Shown in pieces: positions 12,123-26,015 of a stretch of DNA of 64,000 nucleotides (position 1 is the stretch's first letter; the number at the start of each line of letters is the position of its first letter). The DNA lies in the NCBI RefSeq assembly GCF_030406665.1, contig NZ_CP129121.1, positions 3,162,256 to 3,226,255 on the forward strand, in the 5' to 3' direction. The notes beneath the pieces were generated by a model, which worked only from the letters and a program-made list of their open reading frames with translations, had not been told where the DNA came from and searched no databases. A program made the translations under genes and the position numbers. This stretch comes from Halomonas halophila. GTDB lineage: Bacteria; Pseudomonadota; Gammaproteobacteria; Pseudomonadales; Halomonadaceae.

Positions 12123-12346
12123 ATAACCCCAAGGGGTCTGATCCGCGATGACAACCACGACAATTGCCGGATACGCTTGAGACGTATCTCATGCCCTCTC
12201 CCGGGTAGGAGAGGGACTTTGTCAGCATGATTCACATTGTTAAAGAGCGACTGTCAATCGACAGTCACAAACGTGTCATTGCCTTTTGCAATGATCGTTT
12301 GTGACTGCGGATTCACATAAAACCGACTGCAGGACCCTGTGGAGCG

Positions 12347-12422
12347 TGGTGGAGCCTAGCGGGATCGAACCGCTGACCTCCTGCGTGCAAGGCAGGCGCT
12401 CTCCCAGCTGAGCTAAGGCCCC
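12347..12422 (-). tRNA. tRNA-Ala (anticodon UGC), 16S-23S spacer
   Basis: The reverse complement GGGGCCTTAGCTCAGCTGGGAGAGCGCCTGCCTTGCACGCAGGAGGTCAGCGGTTCGATCCCGCTAGGCTCCACCA is near-identical to E. coli alaT. Confidence 0.9.
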
Positions 12423-12519
12423 TCTGAATACCCATACGTGACATGGGAATTTTATTCAGGACAAGGCGTTTTGTGGCGACGCATAGCCTGCTATGCGAGT
12501 CACAAAACAACGCGGTACT

Positions 12520-12599
<80 letters not shown>

Positions 12600-12702
12600 C
12601 AGACCCATTGGTCACGCTGGGTCTATACCCAAACAGTCTTTTGCTCTGGCCGATCAGATAATTCATTGTGGACACTTGCCGGGTGGCGGTGACGTCGTCG
12701 AT

Positions 12703-14240
<1,538 letters not shown>

Positions 14241-14374
14241 AAAGCTTGATAGTTCCTAAGGTGGAACCAAACCTGGTTCAAGATTCAAACGTCTCTTTGA
14301 CGAGTCGCTTGTCTTGATATCTAGTGACTGGTCACCGACATCCCGACAAGCGCCCACATGAATTATCTGATCGA

Positions 14375-14387
14375 TTGTTAAAGAGCA
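14375..14387 (-). promoter_or_regulatory. boxA antitermination element in the rrn leader
   Basis: Plus strand 'ttgttaaagagca' is the reverse complement of TGCTCTTTAACAA, the canonical boxA. A second boxA-like 'cgctctttaacaa' lies in the 16S-23S spacer near 12237-12249. Confidence 0.65.
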
Positions 14388-14598
14388 GCTCGACTCAATA
14401 AGGAGAAGAGCACCTTGCGTTCCCGGCCGCTTGACCAGTGCCTCGCAAGGAAGGCGTATTCTACGTGATCGGTGCGTCGTGTCAACCGGGGATCTTCAAG
14501 CTCTCGATAGAGCGAAGCGGATGACCGAGCGGTCGTCTTCAGCGAGTGAAGCGAGGTCCGATCGAGCCCTCAGCGGGCTACCGTAGCGAGTGGCGGGC

Positions 14599-14626
14599 AT
14601 TCTACCGATTCCGCTGACCCTGTCAA
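14599..14626 (-). promoter_or_regulatory. Candidate sigma-70 rrn promoter
   Basis: On the minus strand: TTGACA-16 nt-TAGAAT followed by a GC-rich discriminator 'gcccgcc', with AT-rich upstream flank 'agatttttcgg'. Confidence 0.45.
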
Positions 14627-14938
14627 TCGAGCGATTTCGACAATCGCCGAAAAATCTCAAGAAAAACAAGCGCTTTCGCCACTCATTACCGCCTGCAACG
14701 TTGCCCGTCGCCGGCAGCGGATGCGTACTTTACGGATTTCCCGAGGGCGACGCAAGAACTATTTGCCGAATCGTGACGAGGGGATGAACAAGGCGTGACA
14801 CTCACCTGCACCGGCACCCGCGGAAAGCTATCCACACCCGCCTGCCCGCTCGACCGCCTGTGGATAATTCAGGCCCGGCGCCCAGAGACAACAACGCCCG
14901 CACGAGGCGGGCGTCATGGCCGGCAAGGATAACGCGAT

Positions 14939-15775
14939 TCAGCCCTTGGCGCCGCTCTTCATCTTGCGCAGCAGAGCACATACCGGGCCGGAAGCGACAT
15001 AGGCGCCGAACAGCAGCAGCAGCATCACCGACGGCTCGATGGAGATGACCACGAAACCGAGCACGATCGCCAGCAGCACCACGAAGGGCACCGGCCCCTT
15101 GAGGTCGACGTCCTTGAAGCTGTAGTAGCGAACGTTACTGACCATCAGCACGCCGGCGGCACCGACCAGGAACAGCATCAGCAGCTTGAAGCCGAAGGCA
15201 TCGGCATCGAAGCTGTGGAAGGTCCAGACGCTGGCGGCGACCACTGCCGCGGCGGAGGGGCTCGGCAGGCCGATGAACCAGCGTTTGTCGACGCTGCCGA
15301 TCTGCACGTTGAAGCGTGCCAGGCGCAGGGCGGCACAGGCCACATAGAGGAAGGCCACCACCCAACCGGTCTTGCCCACGTCCTGCAGGATCCAGGTGAA
15401 GGCCACGAGCCCGGGCGCCACGCCGAAGGACAGCATGTCGGACAGCGAGTCGAACTCGGCGCCGAAGGCGCTCTGGGTATTGGTCAGGCGCGCCACCCGC
15501 CCGTCCAGGCCGTCAAGCACCATGGCGATGAAGATGGCGATGGAAGCCGAGGTGAAATCGCCGTTGATGGCGGCCACCACGGCGAAGAAGCCGGAGAACA
15601 GCGCCGAGGTGGTGAACAGGTTGGGCAGCAGGTAGATCCCCTTGCGGCGGACCTTCTTGCCATCCTCCAACGCCTCCTCGACCACTTCCGACTCACGCAG
15701 GAAGGTCTTGGCCAGATCATCGTCGTCGTGTGGCGGCGGGGTCTGAGGCTCGCGATTGCTGGGGTCCTGACTCAT
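14939..15775 (-). CDS. pssA: CDP-diacylglycerol--serine O-phosphatidyltransferase (CDP-alcohol phosphatidyltransferase family)
   Basis: 'DGLDGRVARL...GAEFDSLSDMLSFGVAP' is the CDP-OH phosphotransferase motif D-G-x2-A-R-x8-G-x3-D-x3-D. Multi-TM protein. Start set at MSQDP (ATG 15775). Same position as pssA downstream of ilvC in Pseudomonas. Confidence 0.8.
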   Translation of the reverse strand: MSQDPSNREPQTPPPHDDDDLAKTFLRESEVVEEALEDGKKVRRKGIYLLPNLFTTSALFSGFFAVVAAINGDFTSASIAIFIAMVLDGLDGRVARLTNTQSAFGAEFDSLSDMLSFGVAPGLVAFTWILQDVGKTGWVVAFLYVACAALRLARFNVQIGSVDKRWFIGLPSPSAAAVVAASVWTFHSFDADAFGFKLLMLFLVGAAGVLMVSNVRYYSFKDVDLKGPVPFVVLLAIVLGFVVISIEPSVMLLLLFGAYVASGPVCALLRKMKSGAKG

Positions 15776-15904
15776 GGTGTCATCCGTTGCGACTGGGGTT
15801 GGCTCCATTCTACACATAGAGCCCGGCGGGACTCATTGCCCATGAACGCAAACGAGGGCGCGGTTTCCCGCGCCCTCGCTTCGGCTGCTATCGATGACGC
15901 CCGA

Positions 15905-17083
<1,179 letters not shown>

Positions 17084-17113
17084 TCATATCCCGAAATGTG
17101 AAATACTCAGCCC

Positions 17114-18004
17114 ATGGACATGCGCCCCCTGAAGCACTTCCTCGCCCTGGCCGACACCCTGCACTTCGGCCGTGCCAGCGAGGCCTGCCACGTCAGTCCC
17201 TCCACCCTCTCGCGGTCGATCCGCCAGCTGGAGGAAAGCCTCGGCGTGCGCCTCTTCGAGCGCGACAACCGCCACGTGACGCTGACCCGCCAGGGCCATC
17301 AGTTCCACGACTATGCCCGGGACGCCCTGGAGGAATGGGAACGGCTGCGCCAGTCGATGATGAGCGAGGCCCAGGCGCTGACGGGGGAAATCAGCATCTA
17401 CTGCTCGGTGACCGCCAGCTACAGCTTCCTCTACGACCTGCTCAGCGAGTTCCGCACCCGCCACCCGGGCATCGAGCTCAAGTTGCACACCGGCGACCCC
17501 GCCCAGTCGATGCCAAGAGTACTGGCCGGCAACGAGGACATGGCGATCACCCTGAGGCCGCGTCGACTGCCCGAGGCCCTGGCCTTCAAGTCGCTGACCC
17601 GCTCGCCGCTGGTGTTCATCGCCCCGAGGGAGCCTCAGTCATGGATCCCGGCCTCACCGGAGGCGTCCCGCCCCGAGCAGTGGCGGGACGTGCCGATGAT
17701 CCTCTCGGAATCGGGGCTGTCGCGGGAGGTCAGCGACACCTGGTTCCGGGCGCTGGGCCTCAAGCCGCGCATCTACGCCCAGGTCTCGGGCCACGAGGCC
17801 ATCGTCAGCATGGTCAGCCTGGGCTTCGGCGTCGGCGTGGTGCCGGGCATCGTGCTGGAGGCGAGCCCGCTGGCCGAGCGAGTCCGGGTGCTGCCGGTGA
17901 AGCCGGAGCTGCCCCACTACGACGTCGGACTGTGCGTACTCAACCGCCGGCTGAAGAGCCCGCTGATCCACGCCCTGTGGGCCGAGGTCGAGGAGCACGG
18001 CTGA
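17114..18004 (+). CDS. ilvY: LysR-family transcriptional regulator, IlvY-like by position (divergent from ilvC)
   Basis: N-terminal HTH 'LKHFLALADTLHFGRASEACHVSPSTLSRSIRQLEESLGVRLF' and a LysR substrate-binding domain. Divergently adjacent to ilvC, as E. coli ilvY is. Confidence 0.75.
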   Translation: MDMRPLKHFLALADTLHFGRASEACHVSPSTLSRSIRQLEESLGVRLFERDNRHVTLTRQGHQFHDYARDALEEWERLRQSMMSEAQALTGEISIYCSVTASYSFLYDLLSEFRTRHPGIELKLHTGDPAQSMPRVLAGNEDMAITLRPRRLPEALAFKSLTRSPLVFIAPREPQSWIPASPEASRPEQWRDVPMILSESGLSREVSDTWFRALGLKPRIYAQVSGHEAIVSMVSLGFGVGVVPGIVLEASPLAERVRVLPVKPELPHYDVGLCVLNRRLKSPLIHALWAEVEEHG

Positions 18005-18023
18005 CGCTCCTTCCAGACACGAG

Positions 18024-18050
18024 AAAGCCGCCCCGTAGGGCGGCTTCTTC
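18024..18050. terminator. Bidirectional rho-independent terminator between convergent ilvY and ilvH
   Basis: gccgccc-cgta-gggcggc flanked by an A-run upstream and ttcttc downstream. Confidence 0.5.
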
Positions 18051-18072
18051 GATCGGGCGGATCAGCTCGAAA

Positions 18073-18564
18073 TTACAGCGACAGGACCTTGTCGCCACGG
18101 GCGATCCCCGACACCCCCGTGCGCGCCACCTCGAGCAGCCCCACCGGGGACATCGCCTCGAGGAAGGCGTCCAGCTTGCTGGCGTCGCCGGTGATCTGGA
18201 CGGTGTACTGGCTCGGCGTCACGTCGACGATCTGCGCGCGGAAGATGTCCACGGTGCGCTTCACCTCGTCCCGCGCCGCGCCCAGCGCCTTCACCTTGAC
18301 CAGCATCAGCTCGCGCTCGATGTGGCTGCCCTCGGTCAGGTCCACCAGCTTGACCACGTCCACCAGCTTGTTGAGATGCTTGGTGATCTGCTCGATCACT
18401 CGATCGTCGCCGATGGTGGTCACGGTCAGACGCGACAGCGTCTCGTCGTCGGTGGGGGCCACGTTGAGAGTTTCGATGTTGAAGTTGCGCTGGGAAAACA
18501 GCCCCACCACGCGAGACAGGGCGCCCGGTTCGTTTTCCATCAGAATCGAGATGATATGGCGCAT
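18073..18564 (-). CDS. ilvH: Acetolactate synthase small (regulatory) subunit
   Basis: 'MRHIISILMENEPGALSRVVGLFSQRNFNIETLNVAPTDD' is the ACT-domain N-terminus of IlvH/IlvN. The start overlaps the ilvI stop (ATGA at 18564). Confidence 0.95.
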   Translation of the reverse strand: MRHIISILMENEPGALSRVVGLFSQRNFNIETLNVAPTDDETLSRLTVTTIGDDRVIEQITKHLNKLVDVVKLVDLTEGSHIERELMLVKVKALGAARDEVKRTVDIFRAQIVDVTPSQYTVQITGDASKLDAFLEAMSPVGLLEVARTGVSGIARGDKVLSL

Positions 18565-20288
18565 CAGGTCCGCTCCGTCTTGGAAAGCAGCATGTCACGC
18601 ATGGAGCCCAGAGGCACCTGCATCGGATAGACGTGCTCGTGGGGGTCCACGGCGACGTCGAGGAACACCAGCTCGTCGTTGTCGGCGAAGGTCTTCTCCA
18701 ACGCCGACTCGAGTTCCTCTTTCGTCTGCACCTTCAGGGCGGTGAAGCCATAGGACTCGATCAGTTTCTGGAAATCGGGCAGCGACTCCATGTAGGAATG
18801 CGCATGGCGGGACTTGTAGTTCAGGTCCTGCCACTGGCGCACCATGCCGAGCGAGGCATTGTTGAGGTTGATGATCTTCACCCCGCCACCGAACTGCTTA
18901 CAGGTAGAGAGCTCCTGCATCATCATCTGGAAGCTGCCCTCACCGGTGAAGCAGACCACCTGCTCGTCGGGGAAGTTCTGCTTGATGCCCATGGCCGCCG
19001 GGAAGCCGAAGCCCATGGTGCCGAGCCCGCCGGAGGTGACGAAGCGGTTGGGCTTGTCGAACTTGTAGTACTGGGCGGCGAACATCTGGTGCTGCCCCAC
19101 GTCGGTGGTCACGTAGGCCTGGCCGCGGGTCGCGCGGCATACCGCCTCGATGACTTCCTGGGGCTTGAGCACCTCGCCCTCGGCGGACGGCTCGTAGAGC
19201 TTGCCGCGGCGCTCCTCGCGCCAGCCGTCGATGGTCTGCCACCACTCGGTGAGCGCCTCGGTGCTGGCGATCTCGCGGCCCTGCAGCAGGCTGATCATCT
19301 CGTTGATCACGCTGCCGGCCGGTCCCACGATCGGCACGTCGGCACGCACCGTCTTGGAGATCGAGCTCGGATCGATGTCGACGTGGACGATCTTGGCCGT
19401 GGGGCAGAACTTGGAGGTGTTGTTGGTCACCCGGTCGTCGAAGCGCGCCCCGATGGCGATGATCAGGTCGGCGTGGTGCATGGCCATGTTGGACTCGTAG
19501 GAGCCGTGCATGCCCAGCCAGCCGAGGCACTGGTCGTCGCTCTGCGGGAAGGCGCCGATGCCCATCAGGGTGGTGGTGATCGGGAAGCCCAGCCGCTTGA
19601 CCAGATCGGTCAGCCCCTCGCTGGCCTCGCCGGTCACCACCCCGCCGCCGGTGTAGAAGACCGGCCGGCGCGCCTTGAGCATCAGCTCCACGGCCTTCTT
19701 GATCTGGCCGGTATGGCCGCGCGTCACCGGGTTGTAGGAGCGCAGCTTGACCTTCTTCGGATAGACGTACTCGTAGCGCTCGGTGGGGGCGGTCATGTCC
19801 TTGGGAATGTCCACCACCACCGGGCCGGGCCGCCCGGTGGACGCCAGATAGAAGGCCTTCTTGAGGACTTCCGGAATCTCGCTCGGATGCTTGACCGAGA
19901 AGCTGTGCTTCACGATCGGCCGGGTCACGCCGACGATGTCGGTTTCCTGGAAGGCATCGTCGCCGATCAGGTGGCTCATCACCTGGCCGCACAGCACCAC
20001 CATGGGAATCGAGTCCATGTAGGCGGTGGCGATGCCGGTCACCGCGTTGGTGGCGCCGGGACCGGAGGTGACCAGCACCACGCCCGGCTTGCCGGAGGCC
20101 CGGGCGTAGCCGTCGGCGGCGTGGGTGGCGGCCTGTTCGTGGCGCACCAGGATGTGCTTGACCTTGTCCTGGCGGAACAGGGCGTCATAGATGTGTAGCG
20201 CAGCGCCGCCGGGATAGCCGTAGATGTATTCGACGCCCTCGTCTTGCAGGAAGCGGGCGATCATGTCCGCGCCGGAAAGCAGTTCCAC
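18564..20288 (-). CDS. ilvI: Acetolactate synthase large subunit (AHAS III)
   Basis: 'ELLSGADMIARFLQDEGVEYIYGYPGGAALHIYDAL' aligns with E. coli IlvI '[36 protein letters not shown]'. TPP motif 'GLGTMGFGFPAAMG'. Start set at GTG 20288 with 'ggggagaaa' SD 8 nt upstream; ATG 20264 is an alternative. Confidence 0.93.
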   Translation of the reverse strand: MELLSGADMIARFLQDEGVEYIYGYPGGAALHIYDALFRQDKVKHILVRHEQAATHAADGYARASGKPGVVLVTSGPGATNAVTGIATAYMDSIPMVVLCGQVMSHLIGDDAFQETDIVGVTRPIVKHSFSVKHPSEIPEVLKKAFYLASTGRPGPVVVDIPKDMTAPTERYEYVYPKKVKLRSYNPVTRGHTGQIKKAVELMLKARRPVFYTGGGVVTGEASEGLTDLVKRLGFPITTTLMGIGAFPQSDDQCLGWLGMHGSYESNMAMHHADLIIAIGARFDDRVTNNTSKFCPTAKIVHVDIDPSSISKTVRADVPIVGPAGSVINEMISLLQGREIASTEALTEWWQTIDGWREERRGKLYEPSAEGEVLKPQEVIEAVCRATRGQAYVTTDVGQHQMFAAQYYKFDKPNRFVTSGGLGTMGFGFPAAMGIKQNFPDEQVVCFTGEGSFQMMMQELSTCKQFGGGVKIINLNNASLGMVRQWQDLNYKSRHAHSYMESLPDFQKLIESYGFTALKVQTKEELESALEKTFADNDELVFLDVAVDPHEHVYPMQVPLGSMRDMLLSKTERT

Positions 20289-20866
20289 TGATGTTTCTCC
20301 CCTGGAGGTCTCGAGTGCGATCCGCGCCCTCGTCGGGCACGGGGTCGAGTGCGGCGGTATGCCGCTGCCGGTCTCGCCGGCACCTGATGCCAAACCCTGG
20401 CGTATTGAGGCCCGGTTAGGGCCAGCACTCTAATCACGGCGGATCACCGCGTCGGGGCGTTGGCCAGGTCGGGCGGTTAGCCCGGACCCGGAAGTCCTTC
20501 GGCGGGTAGAGGCCAGGCGGCCTACCCTTCGCACGGAAATCGGGGGTCGCCCGCTGGAGTCCGCGCCCGATAATCAGGAAGGGTCAAGATTCCAATAGCG
20601 TCCGAAAAGTGTCAACCGCCGCCCGCACCGGCAGGCGCCGATCGGCGGATTTCGGCGTTTCCGCGCCCCGCTCTCGCCATCGTTTAATACGAAAGTCTAG
20701 AATGACCGACTCGCGACCGCCTGGCGTTGCTGCTTTAATGATGCCAGCTGACACGATTCACCTTTCTCGAGCGCCCTTCCGCTTCCTCGTCACGCCGACG
20801 AGGCGACGCCTGCAAGATGAATCGATTCACCCGCATTCAGAACACCGCCTCACCGAGGAGACGCCC

Positions 20867-22240
20867 ATGTCACGCATCGTGCAGTGGTCCATCACCGTGG
20901 CCCTGGCCGGCTTCCTGTTCGGCTTCGACACCGCGGTCATCTCGGGCGCCGACCAGCCCATCCAGACGCTCTGGGGGCTCAGCGACCTCCAGCACGGCCT
21001 GCTGATCATGTCCATGGCCCTGTGGGGCACCGTGATCGGCGCCATCGGCGGCAACTGGCCGACCGACCGCCTGGGCCGCCGCGCCACCCTGCTGCTGATC
21101 GGCATGCTCTACCTGGTGTCCGCGATCGGCTCGGCGCTGGCCACCGATCCCTACTGGTTCTCGCTGTTCCGCCTGCTGGGCGGCATCGGCGTCGGCATCT
21201 CCTCGGTGGCCGCCCCGACCTACATCTCCGAGATCGCCCCGGCCAAGCACCGCGGCACCCTGGTCGCGCTGTACCAGTTCAACGTGGTGTTCGGCATCCT
21301 GATGGCCTTCATCTCCAACTACGTGGTGGGCGGGCTGTTCGAGACCAACGCCTGGCGCTGGATGCTCGGCATCGAGATCGTGCCGGCGCTGCTCTACACC
21401 CTGCTGATCAGCCGGGTGCCGCGCAGCCCGCGCTGGCTGATCCTGCATCGCGGCGATACCCAGGGCGCCCGCGAGGTGCTGCTGCGCCTCGATCCCGCCG
21501 CCGACGTCGACGCCCAGATCGCCGAGATCCAGGCCGCCGAAGACAGCGAGGAGCGCGCCCACGCCGGCTTCTTCTCCGGCCGCTACCGGCTGCCGATCCT
21601 GCTGGCCTTCCTGATCGCCTTCTTCAACCAGCTCTCGGGCATCAACTTCATCATCTACTATGCCCCGCGGGTGCTCGAGGCCGCCGAGCTCGGCGCCAAC
21701 ACCGCCCTGCTCTCCACCGCCGGCATCGGCCTGGTCAACCTGGTGTTCACCATGCTCGGCATGGCGCTGATCGATCGCCTGGGGCGCCGCACCCTGCTCT
21801 ACATCGGCTCGGCCGGCTATCTGGTCTCGCTGGTGCTGATCTCGCGCGCCTTCTTCAGCGGCGAGCTCGGCGGGCTGGACGTGCCGCTGCTGCTGGGCCT
21901 GTTCATCGCCGCCCATGCCATGAGCCAGGGCGCGATCATCTGGGTGTTCATCTCCGAGGTGTTCCCCAACCACGTGCGGGCCCGCGGCCAATCCTTCGGC
22001 AGCTCGGTGCACTGGGTGTGCGCGGCGCTGATCGCGCTGCTGATGCCGTGGGTGCTCGGCACCTTCAGCGGCGGCCCGGTGTTCGCCTTCTTCGCCGTGA
22101 TGATGGCGCTGCAGCTGGTGTTCGTGATGTTCCTGATGCCGGAGACCAAGGGCGTCTCCCTCGAGGAGCTGCAGAAGCGCCTGGTGCGCGAACCGCAGGG
22201 CAAGCGCGAGGCCTCGAGCGCCGCCGCCCAGCGCGCTTGA
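20867..22240 (+). CDS. MFS sugar-porter family transporter (H+ symporter, AraE/GalP/XylE-like)
   Basis: Start at ATG 20867 with 'gaggag' SD. Sugar-transporter signatures 'GFLFGFDTAVISGA', 'DRLGRR', 'PESPRWL'-like 'PRSPRWLIL', 'PETKG'. 12-TM topology, 457 aa. Confidence 0.85.
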   Translation: MSRIVQWSITVALAGFLFGFDTAVISGADQPIQTLWGLSDLQHGLLIMSMALWGTVIGAIGGNWPTDRLGRRATLLLIGMLYLVSAIGSALATDPYWFSLFRLLGGIGVGISSVAAPTYISEIAPAKHRGTLVALYQFNVVFGILMAFISNYVVGGLFETNAWRWMLGIEIVPALLYTLLISRVPRSPRWLILHRGDTQGAREVLLRLDPAADVDAQIAEIQAAEDSEERAHAGFFSGRYRLPILLAFLIAFFNQLSGINFIIYYAPRVLEAAELGANTALLSTAGIGLVNLVFTMLGMALIDRLGRRTLLYIGSAGYLVSLVLISRAFFSGELGGLDVPLLLGLFIAAHAMSQGAIIWVFISEVFPNHVRARGQSFGSSVHWVCAALIALLMPWVLGTFSGGPVFAFFAVMMALQLVFVMFLMPETKGVSLEELQKRLVREPQGKREASSAAAQRA

Positions 22241-22287
22241 TACGACGCAGCCTCCCCGCCGTCGAGCAGGCGGCCCGGCAAAAGAAA

Positions 22288-22315
22288 ACCGCCCGCGCCT
22301 TTCGGCGCGGGCGGT
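22288..22315 (-). terminator. Rho-independent terminator of clpB (may also stop the convergent MFS gene)
   Basis: accgcccgcgcc-tttc-ggcgcgggcggt (12 bp) with uuucuuuug after it on the minus strand. Confidence 0.6.
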
Positions 22316-22338
22316 CTCGTTTCAGGGCGAGGAGCGCC

Positions 22339-24921
<2,583 letters not shown>

Positions 24922-24993
24922 AGCGTTTCCTCCGTCGGGGTAGCGGCGCGATTCGGACGCGCCGCCTGTCCCAATGTCATGAGTCTTGACATC

Positions 24994-25024
24994 TTAAGTG
25001 GCGTCAGGATGGCCGGCTTTCAAG
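24994..25024 (-). promoter_or_regulatory. Candidate sigma-32 (heat-shock) promoter of clpB
   Basis: Minus strand: CTTGAAA-16 nt-CCACTTAA, against the consensus CTTGAAA-N13-15-CCCCATNT. The spacing is 1-2 nt long, hence moderate confidence. Confidence 0.35.
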
Positions 25025-25109
25025 TCAGCCGCCGGAGGAAACGCCGGAGGGTTGATATGGGTCAAGCCCGCGCCCGCGAGGCGTCGGTGCCGGCCAGCAT
25101 CGCGTCGAT

Positions 25110-25994
25110 TCAGGACAACGCCCAGGCGATCAATCCGATGCCCAGCAGGATCACGCCCCATCGCGCCAGCGATACGAGGACCCGCGTATCGTGGTCCACA
25201 TCGCTCGATGCGGAGGCAGAGGACGTCGCCGCCGCCTCGGGAACCGACGCGTCCTGCGCCAAGGCGACGTAGTCCGGTATGGCCTCATCCCACTGATCGA
25301 ACAGAGCGGCATCGCAAGGCGCCAGCTGGTCGCGAAGCACCTCTTCGCCGCCCTCGGGCTTGTGCAGCACGGCAGCACCGGCTTCGTGGACGACCCACAG
25401 ACCGGCGAGGTCACTGTTGATGCCATCGGGCCCCACGGAAAACCGCTCCCAGACTTGTGCCAGTCGCTTGGCATGCTTCTCCAGCGGCGTCCGGACCGGC
25501 TTGTCCGTGACCAGCGAGCAGCGCACCCGCATGGTCCCCTCGTCCGGCGTCTCGACCAGCGCGGAATGCGCAAAGAACGACAGCGCCGTTTGATCGAGCA
25601 TGAACTCCGAGCCGATCAGGCCGATATGGGTCACGCCGTTGTAGAGACAGTCCCGACACAGCTTGAACAGCGAGAAGGCATGGATCTCGAACTCGTGCGT
25701 CGCGCCTCCCGATTCGAGCATTCGCTCGACGCTGGCCCTATCGCATGCGGCTATCGCAAACGGCGTGTCCGGCTCATCGTGCTGAATGTACGGCAAGCGG
25801 CATCCGGTATCGGGGTGCACCATCACCGGCAAGAAGACCTCCCTGTCCCGCCAATGTCGCAACAAGCCGAGCAGGTCGCCGTCTTCAAGCATCCCCGTCA
25901 GCTCATCGAAGGGGTTATCCAGTTGCTGAGATTCCAAGATATGCGTCCTTTCCCTTGAACGTTTCCTACGCCTCGCACCGCCCGCATCACGCAC
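25110..25994 (-). CDS. Hypothetical protein with a single C-terminal transmembrane anchor; last gene of the SPFH/AAA+ cluster
   Basis: 294 aa with protein-like composition; the overlapping plus-strand ORF is Arg-rich antisense. The C-terminus 'VLVSLARWGVILLGIGLIAWALS' is one hydrophobic helix. Acidic linker 'AATSSASASSDVDHD'. A GTG start lies 21 nt after the giant ATPase stop. Confidence 0.55.
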   Translation of the reverse strand: MRDAGGARRRKRSRERTHILESQQLDNPFDELTGMLEDGDLLGLLRHWRDREVFLPVMVHPDTGCRLPYIQHDEPDTPFAIAACDRASVERMLESGGATHEFEIHAFSLFKLCRDCLYNGVTHIGLIGSEFMLDQTALSFFAHSALVETPDEGTMRVRCSLVTDKPVRTPLEKHAKRLAQVWERFSVGPDGINSDLAGLWVVHEAGAAVLHKPEGGEEVLRDQLAPCDAALFDQWDEAIPDYVALAQDASVPEAAATSSASASSDVDHDTRVLVSLARWGVILLGIGLIAWALS

Positions 25995-26015
25995 GACCCG
26001 ACATCGGGCACGGCG

